From assembly GCF_963921235.1 (NCBI RefSeq), contig NC_086097.1, positions 95,978,001-96,042,000 of the forward strand: a stretch of DNA of 64,000 nt, read 5' to 3'. The notes below the pieces were generated by a model. That model made no database searches and was not told the origin of the DNA. It saw only the letters and a list, made by a program, of their open reading frames with translations. Below, in pieces: positions 60,601 through 64,000 of this stretch (position 1 is the first letter of the stretch; every line of letters begins with the position of its first letter). The position numbers were made by a program, and so were the translations under genes. This DNA comes from Mobula hypostoma (lineage: Eukaryota).

Positions 60601-62384
60601 GGGAAGAGAACTCAAGGTTGCAGTAATGCATCTGCTGACTAGTGATAACGCATCTTAGCATCATGCTTGATGTTGATTTAGACTTGGAGGTTGAGATTGA
60701 TATTTGCAAGGGAGAATCTTTTTGTCTTGCTAGTTCATCAGCCCTGAAGCTTATCCCCAACAGAATGCAGTGAGATTTTAATTACAACAGAGTACTATTG
60801 GTTCTGCACAAGCACAAGTACCATGCTTTTGTATAAATTTAATTACAACTACAGCACTGTGGCATCTCCTCTCCGCCTGTTGAGCAGGCACCCTGACTAT
60901 TATTAGCCTGGCATACCATCTTTCGTGTACCATTGATTTATGACAAGGATATCACAAAAGTCTGGTGATTCTAATAATTACATCTTATTTTGTTTTAATT
61001 GGGGGTCTCATCGACTATAATGAGGTTTGATGAATTGTGGATTCTCAGGTTCTCGGAACACCACAACCTGGAAGCTGCCCTCCAAACCACACATTATCTT
61101 GATTTGAAAATAAATAGCTGTTCATTCACCATTGCTAGATTGAAATTCTGAAGCACTCTTCCTATCAGCATTATGGGTTATACCTACACCTCCGTGATTG
61201 TAGTGGTTCAAGATGACAGCTCACCACCGCCTTCTCTAGAGCTATAAGAAATGGACAGTTAATTGCTGGCTCAGTCTGTGAAACCCGCATCCCTTGAATG
61301 AATTTAACAAAAACCTGATCCAACTTTGTAGATCATTCCTCTAATGTAATTATCTCTGGTTGGAGGATTCCCTGTTCTCTCCTTTTATCAATAAAGGAAG
61401 CTTGATTCATCTGGCTAATCTACCAGTTAGGCAGGGGTGGTGTGGGGAGACTATTAAAAGAACACAGTAAAGTAAGCCTTCGTATTATTGGGCATTTGAT
61501 CATGGCCCAGTAAGTGACAATGCTCCCTTGACCTACACAAAATGGAACAGCAAAGATTTAAAATCAACCTCTTCAACCTCTTGTCAGACTTTGTCAAAAA
61601 AATGAGCAACATATAAAATCCCAAGTCTGCTGAAAGAAAATCTATAACTGCCAAACAGTAATGTAAGAATGTAGAAGATTGAGAGGCGATCTAATAGAGG
61701 TATGCAAAATTACGAGGGGTATTGATAAGCAAGCATGCTTTTTTCAACTGATGTAGGGTTGGGACTACAACCAGAGGTCTAATGTTAAGGATGAAAGGCG
61801 AGAAATTTAAGGGGAACCTGAGGGGAAACTTCTTCACTCAGAGGGTCATGAAAGTGTAGAATGAGCTGCCAGTACAAGTGGTGCATGCGAGCTTGATTTC
61901 AGTGTTTAAGGTGAGTTTAGATAGGTACGCGGTTGGTTGTGATATGGAGGGCTATGGTCCCAATGCAGATCGAGGAGAGTAGGCAGTTTAAATGGTTTCA
62001 GCAAGGACTAGATGTGCTGAAGGACGCGTGTCTGTGCTGTATTTCTCTATGACTCCAAGAAGGTAATTTGCTTCCGTTAAAATTACATTTTCTCTTTCTT
62101 GCATATCTTGTAGTTTTCTGACTTTGTTCTGCTGACCTGCCTTCAATATAACATTGGTCACCCACCATGTAAGAGTTCCAGGCCTTCATTTGAGCTGCTC
62201 AGTGACCCTCAACTTGATTTCTTCTGTATTGTAGCTCATTTTTATTCTAAGTATGTATTTTTCATTTTAATGCTTCCTTTTAATGAGTTATGTTTTTTTT
62301 CAGTCAACTTGCTAAAGTACTTGATGAAAAATTGATGCAAGAAAAGGCTGTTAATATGTTGGAACGTAATGAAGAATTTCAAGA
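3663..62384 (+). CDS. KNL1: Kinetochore scaffold 1 (KNL1/CASC5/Spc105), spliced CDS, 3'-incomplete: join(3663-3697,6570-6612,9388-9447,9874-9941,11346-11446,11598-11640,18046-18077,24013-24065,24326-28825,29751-29895,31152-31210,31674-31772,38067-38182,39700-39790,41502-41618,48259-48346,53035-53130,60210-60249,62304-62384)
   Basis: All introns are GT-AG and phases chain without a stop. The translation shows KNL1 hallmarks in the expected order: [26 protein letters not shown]1/KI2, MELT-SHT repeats, [25 protein letters not shown], then coiled coil. Confidence 0.95.
4480..4860. mobile_element. Older palindromic PLE-type remnant (third family)
   Basis: Imperfect inverted arms 4555-4603 and 4719-4767 plus outer arms; decayed (c/t)tgatga-tgtcacc...gaaa core near 4793-4830. 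Confidence 0.6.
6570..6612 (+). CDS. KNL1: KNL1 exon ([14 protein letters not shown])
   Basis: cttttccag acceptor, gtaagt donor; supplies the RRxS-G half of the GILK motif. Confidence 0.85.
7140..9110 (+). mobile_element. Rex1/Babar-type LINE, 5'-truncated, frameshifted
   Basis: Fragments [57 protein letters not shown]. Confidence 0.85.
9388..9447 (+). CDS. KNL1: KNL1 exon ([20 protein letters not shown])
   Basis: aag acceptor, gtaact donor; ILK..RSPL resembles the vertebrate KNL1 N-terminus. Confidence 0.9.
9874..9941 (+). CDS. KNL1: KNL1 exon with RVSF PP1-docking motif ([22 protein letters not shown])
   Basis: RRVSFADT motif, gtaagt donor 9942; acceptor is a GAG (9873, or the in-frame alternative 9879). 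Confidence 0.9.
11346..11446 (+). CDS. KNL1: KNL1 exon ([16 protein letters not shown]...ILNS)
   Basis: Strong polypyrimidine/cag acceptor, gtatgt donor, phase-compatible on both sides. Confidence 0.8.
11598..11640 (+). CDS. KNL1: KNL1 exon ([13 protein letters not shown])
   Basis: ttttag acceptor, aag|gtagag donor; restores the phase needed by the next exon. Confidence 0.7.
11810..13960 (-). mobile_element. Nested LINE debris: Rex1-type fragments (about 11810-11985, 13080-13960) interrupted by CR1 fragments (about 11985-12970)
   Basis: ORF fragments [14 protein letters not shown] and SKFDDNKVG (CR1); MKCFKKLV and FPNQKPWMN (Rex1). Confidence 0.75.
14287..15530 (-). mobile_element. hAT (Charlie/Buster) deletion derivative
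   Basis: Charlie-like termini (c...gttctcaacc / g.atgagaagccctg), near-8-bp TSD tactagag / tactaaga(g), transposase fragment [15 protein letters not shown]...ADYFK at 14670-14790 (-). Confidence 0.75.
15163..15330. repeat. 42-bp minisatellite x4 inside the hAT element
   Basis: catcagc recurs at 15163, 15205, 15247, 15289. Confidence 0.85.
15700..16420 (+). mobile_element. Highly decayed CR1 3' fragment
   Basis: gtgagactacaactggaatactgtgcag (VR.LEYC) and CR1-like 3' UTR. Confidence 0.5.
16811..17432 (-). mobile_element. Rex1-type LINE 3' fragment
   Basis: [24 protein letters not shown]...[12 protein letters not shown]; (tatact)n tail. Confidence 0.85.
18046..18077 (+). CDS. KNL1: KNL1 micro-exon ([11 protein letters not shown])
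   Basis: tttcacag acceptor, gtgagt donor; joins to form the conserved ITGM motif. Confidence 0.8.
18940..19025 (-). mobile_element. Truncated relative of the 3082-3300 PLE-derived element
   Basis: ctggaggaactcagcaggtcagg...cagtcgatgtttcaggccgagacccttc. Confidence 0.7.
19546..23760 (-). mobile_element. Near full-length CR1 LINE: ORF1 with zinc finger + SGNH esterase (22517-23392) and broken APE-RT ORF2
   Basis: ORF1 motifs GDSIVRG, HVGTND, DGLHLN; ORF2 [36 protein letters not shown]; (ttctat)n-type tail; 30-bp tandem repeat at 23672-23735 in the 5' UTR. Confidence 0.93.
24013..24065 (+). CDS. KNL1: KNL1 exon ([18 protein letters not shown])
   Basis: Resembles the human GMNTLLSAPI motif; gtaagt donor. 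Confidence 0.9.
24326..28825 (+). CDS. KNL1: KNL1 giant exon (4500 nt, 1500 codons): KI motifs, MELT array, FLPKLP motif, basic NLS-like segment
   Basis: ORF track 24386-28879; acceptor aacag 24325 is in frame; donor gag|gtaaat 28825/6; repeated [17 protein letters not shown] modules. Confidence 0.96.
25205..27190 (+). repeat. Coding tandem repeat, 297-nt unit (two MELT modules, 43 + 56 aa), about 6.7 copies
   Basis: MDIT ATGs at 25235, 25532, 25829, 26126, 26423, 26720, 27017 (exact 297 spacing); the second motif of each pair is 129 nt downstream. Confidence 0.97.
29751..29895 (+). CDS. KNL1: KNL1 exon ([11 protein letters not shown]...[16 protein letters not shown])
   Basis: tag acceptor, gtaagt donor; SSLDS.K.DGTS motif of KNL1. 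Confidence 0.9.
31152..31210 (+). CDS. KNL1: KNL1 exon ([19 protein letters not shown])
   Basis: T-rich cag acceptor, gtatgg donor, phase fit. Confidence 0.85.
31674..31772 (+). CDS. KNL1: KNL1 exon ([33 protein letters not shown])
   Basis: Resembles human KLQDGRITIREFF...RQS; tag / gtaaga sites. Confidence 0.93.
32270..32845. mobile_element. Two oppositely oriented short elements with an RTE/BovB-like 3' motif
   Basis: gaagaaggcaatggcaaaccacttc (about 32776-32800) and its reverse-complement relative near 32320-32370. Confidence 0.45.
32998..33311 (-). mobile_element. tRNA-derived SINE nested in CR1
   Basis: Minus strand: A-box TGGCCAAGTGG, B-box-like AGTTCAAGCC, CORE-like GTGTCCTTGAGCAAGGCACTTAACC, A-rich tail; TSD gcaaaaat(c/t)tattc at 32984-32997 and 33312-33325. 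Confidence 0.85.
34934..35169. mobile_element. hAT/Charlie-type MITE nested in CR1
   Basis: TIRs cagtggtccccaacc / ggttggggacccctg; 8-bp TSD ctcgaagg / ctctaagg. Confidence 0.88.
36700..37520. mobile_element. Probable Tigger/pogo-type non-autonomous element (decayed)
   Basis: Subterminal ttaattggg/cccaatt motifs at both ends; no intact TIR. Confidence 0.4.
38067..38182 (+). CDS. KNL1: KNL1 exon ([38 protein letters not shown])
   Basis: RPK..Y.ED pattern of the KNL1 coiled-coil start; tag / gtatgt. Confidence 0.9.
38200..39580. mobile_element. Cluster of SINE copies (38200-38500 +, 38670-38940 -) and a Rex1 3' fragment (39050-39580 -)
   Basis: Similarity to the SINE at 53790-53998 and to other Rex1 tails in the window. 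Confidence 0.55.
39700..39790 (+). CDS. KNL1: KNL1 exon ([30 protein letters not shown])
   Basis: DKLL..(I/V)N pattern; cag / gtaaat. Confidence 0.9.
40105..41455 (-). mobile_element. Penelope-like retroelement, 5'-truncated (RT fragments + GIY-YIG endonuclease + terminal repeat)
   Basis: [26 protein letters not shown] (GIY-YIG), YLNNSSHHH (thumb region), [10 protein letters not shown]...STYF...NYYEQ (RT). Confidence 0.9.
41502..41618 (+). CDS. KNL1: KNL1 exon ([39 protein letters not shown])
   Basis: Resembles human LN..KS...K.TKV..H..KV.LY; cag / gtaatt; 117 nt, phase 0-0. Confidence 0.92.
43091..44594 (+). mobile_element. CR1 ORF2 3' half inserted into an antisense CR1 tail (42805-43090 and 44595-44752)
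   Basis: [45 protein letters not shown]; ttctatgtttctat tail. Confidence 0.88.
45700..46510 (+). mobile_element. Rex1 3' fragment (about 45700-45990) and CR1 3' fragment (about 46030-46510)
   Basis: Similarity to other copies in the window. Confidence 0.6.
46620..47890 (+). mobile_element. Tigger/pogo DNA transposon, internally deleted
   Basis: TA|caggtggcccc...ggggaaacctg|TA termini; stop-riddled transposase from ATG 46839 with CENP-B-type HTH ([26 protein letters not shown]) ending at VFNCDET. Confidence 0.9.
48259..48346 (+). CDS. KNL1: KNL1 coiled-coil exon ([29 protein letters not shown])
   Basis: Resembles human MDKILKKIDNCL; tag / gtaatt. Confidence 0.9.
48935..49755 (+). mobile_element. 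Rex1-type LINE 3' fragment inside an older antisense CR1 (about 48800-50500)
   Basis: [37 protein letters not shown]; aataaa + (tgact)n tail. Confidence 0.85.
50546..51274 (-). mobile_element. PIF/Harbinger deletion derivative
   Basis: TIRs aggccaatttatacttgtgcgt / acgcacaagtataaatcagcct, TAA TSD on both sides, Harbinger-type fragment GEFSVLV..LR...FKYFRMS..FDDL. Confidence 0.88.
51590..52380 (+). mobile_element. Decayed PLE 3' end (GIY-YIG) and terminal repeat remnant
   Basis: aaacagtctttgcaggtg...ggcctcctctacagtggagaaaccaaa (KQSLQV...LLY.GETK), same family as 380-633. Confidence 0.55.
53035..53130 (+). CDS. KNL1: KNL1 exon ([31 protein letters not shown])
   Basis: tag / gtaaga sites, phase 1-1 fit, open frame. 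Confidence 0.8.
54558..58329 (-). pseudogene. L1 ORF2 (APE endonuclease, RT, CCHC) with one nonsense codon and at least two frameshifts
   Basis: ISYNVNG, LQETH, GGDFN, SDH, DAEKAFD, GTRQGCP, FADD; TAG at 55750-55752; CWRRC..H.FWDC and the C-terminus lie in other frames. Confidence 0.9.
58692..59678 (-). CDS. L1 ORF1p (coiled coil + RRM + CTD), 328 aa
   Basis: [38 protein letters not shown] motifs. Confidence 0.9.
   Translation of the reverse strand: MMSKNKNKKSASKADKRKETQQGDGPSSPTASQDGDNEGESVTLSLILGEIREFRQDNSKQLEDIKGEIVKTNSQIDEAEARIVGIEEKLQDAEEVIAEMLKLQDQLQWKLIDQGGRSRRENVRIYGVPEGTEGKPRLMIPFIEKLLRENLDMPAAEDLQIERAHRALAPQPPAGAQPRSILIRFLSYRMKEEVLKRAWQKKGFMWNNCKISLDHDYAPGILARRKEYTETRRVLKENNIRFQALYPARLRVFYDEGTKTYATVEEATSELADRGLPIKVITQPESLLERIRQKSWQLVGRGRSTRTRVSNYKEKLQIFRRECTENTD
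60210..60249 (+). CDS. KNL1: KNL1 exon ([13 protein letters not shown])
   Basis: Strong acceptor tttttctgcag, donor gtatct, phase fit, heptad-like. Confidence 0.8.
61670..62055 (+). mobile_element. CR1 3' end fragment
   Basis: gaagattgagaggcgatctaatagaggt (RLRGDLIEV), ttcactcagagggt, tttctctatgact tail. Confidence 0.75.
62304..62384 (+). CDS. KNL1: KNL1 exon ([26 protein letters not shown]); gene continues past the window
   Basis: T-run + cag acceptor, gtgagt donor, phase fit. Confidence 0.8.
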
Positions 62385-62825
62385 GTGAGTATTGAACTCT
62401 TCTTATTTGCCCCAGGAGATAATTTTCTCCAACATATTTGCAATGTACCATGTGTTGTGGCTTAAGATGGAGGTTGAAAATCTCTGCTATACTGCCAGAC
62501 GGAGACATCACGTGAGAGTTTCTCCTTTGTAGAATAACTCGTAAGGGTTCTCTTCATGGCTCTGGTCAGAGACTGACAGTAATGACTTTTTTCCTATGTT
62601 GGTAAAATGGAAGGAAATAATTCAAATGAGGCATGATGATTGCTTTAGTGCCCTATAAAACTGTGATTAAACAGGAAGAATGTTTTTAGCCTTTGGCAGG
62701 AGGCTCAATAGTAAGTCTGACTTGAGATGTGAAAATGGAACGGAATGAGTAGAAAACCACCTCAAAGAATAGGGTTCAACTTCTCCTGGAAGAGGAGTGC
62801 TGACATGGTGTTGGTATCGTGATTG

Positions 62826-63725
62826 AATCAGAATCAGGTTTATTATCACTGGCATGTATTGTGAAATTTGTTAGCTTAGCAGCAGCAGTTCAATGCAATA
62901 CCTAATCTAGCAGAGAGAGGGAAAAAAAAACATAATAATACACTTTGTAAGTAAACAAGTAAATTAATTATGTATATTGAATAATTATTTTAAAATGTGC
63001 AAAAACAGAAATACTGTATATTTTTAAAAAGTGAGGTAGTGTCCAAAGCTTCAAAGTCCATTCAGGAATCAGATGGCAGAGGGGAAGAAGCTGTTCCTGA
63101 ATCACTGAGTGTGTGCTTTTAGGCTTCTGTATCTCCTACCTGATGCTAACAATGAGAAAAGGGTATGCCCTGTGTGCTGGAGGTCTTTAATAATGAACGC
63201 CACCTTTCTGAGACACCGCTCCCTAAAGATGTCCTGGGTACTTTGTAGGCTAGTGCCGAAGATGGAATTGACTAGATTTACAACCTTCTGAAGCTTCTTT
63301 CGATCCTGTGCAGTAGCCCCTCCATACCAGACAGTGATGCAGTCTGTCAGAATGCTCTCCACGGTACAACTATAGAAGTTTTTGACTTTATTTGCTGACA
63401 TGCCAAATCGCTTCAAACTCCTAATATAGCTGCTATCTTGCCGTCTTTATGACTACATCAATGTGTTGCGACCAGGTTAGATCCTCAGAGATCTTGACAC
63501 CCAGGAACTTGAAGTTGCTCACTCTCTCCATTTCTGATCCCTCTGAGGATTGGTATGTGTTCTTTCGGCTTACCCTTCCTGAAGTCCACAATCAACTATT
63601 TCGTCTTACTGACATGGATTGCTGTGGCACCATTCCATGAGTTGGCATATCTCACTCCTGTACGCCCTCTCGTCACCACCTGAGATTCTACCAACAATGG
63701 TTGTATCGTCAGCAAATCTACATGT
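62826..63725 (-). mobile_element. Rex1-type LINE 3' fragment
   Basis: NFYSCTVESILTDCITVWYG...HTLFSLLASGRRYRS; (aatcag)n tail. Confidence 0.85.
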
Positions 63726-64000
63726 AGAGTAGCTGAGTTAACAGACATGTCAGATATTTAATTATTTGTGAAGAGAATATATAATATTGAAACAGACCAC
63801 AATTTGCATGTGGGAGATGAATATAGCTACATGGAATTGGTTGTACAAAATTAGAATTTTGATACTACTCTTGCCAAAGTTTTCCCGATCAAATTGAGAG
63901 AGGGTGGAACTAAAATGGAATTAATTAACCTGAGGAAAAATGAATTGGAATTCTTGCATTAATCTAAATTTAGTGTAGATTTTTCATTTACAGAATTTTT

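Overview
Eukaryotic (vertebrate) genomic DNA, most likely a cartilaginous fish (ray/shark; inferred from the repeat landscape). The window is almost entirely one + strand gene, the outer-kinetochore scaffold KNL1 (CASC5/Spc105/Blinkin). It has a CpG-rich promoter at about 1.5-1.7 kb, a non-coding exon 1, and 19 coding exons that I could splice in frame from ATG 3663 to 62384 (5867 nt, about 1955 codons). The C-terminal RWD exons lie beyond the window. The N-terminus carries the GILK and RVSF PP1 motifs and two KI motifs. A 4500-nt exon holds 17 MELT-like motifs, 14 of them in a recently homogenised 297-nt (99-aa) two-MELT higher-order repeat. The introns are packed with transposons: a full-length but disabled L1 with a 16-bp TSD, several CR1 and Rex1/Babar LINEs, Penelope-like elements (PLEs), hAT, Tigger and Harbinger DNA elements, and SINEs. 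The most notable non-gene signal is a set of short PLE-derived fold-back insertions from at least three families. They carry minimal hammerhead-ribozyme cores, and one copy has an intact core at 3180-3215 (-). All calls come from reading the sequence by eye; no database searches were run.
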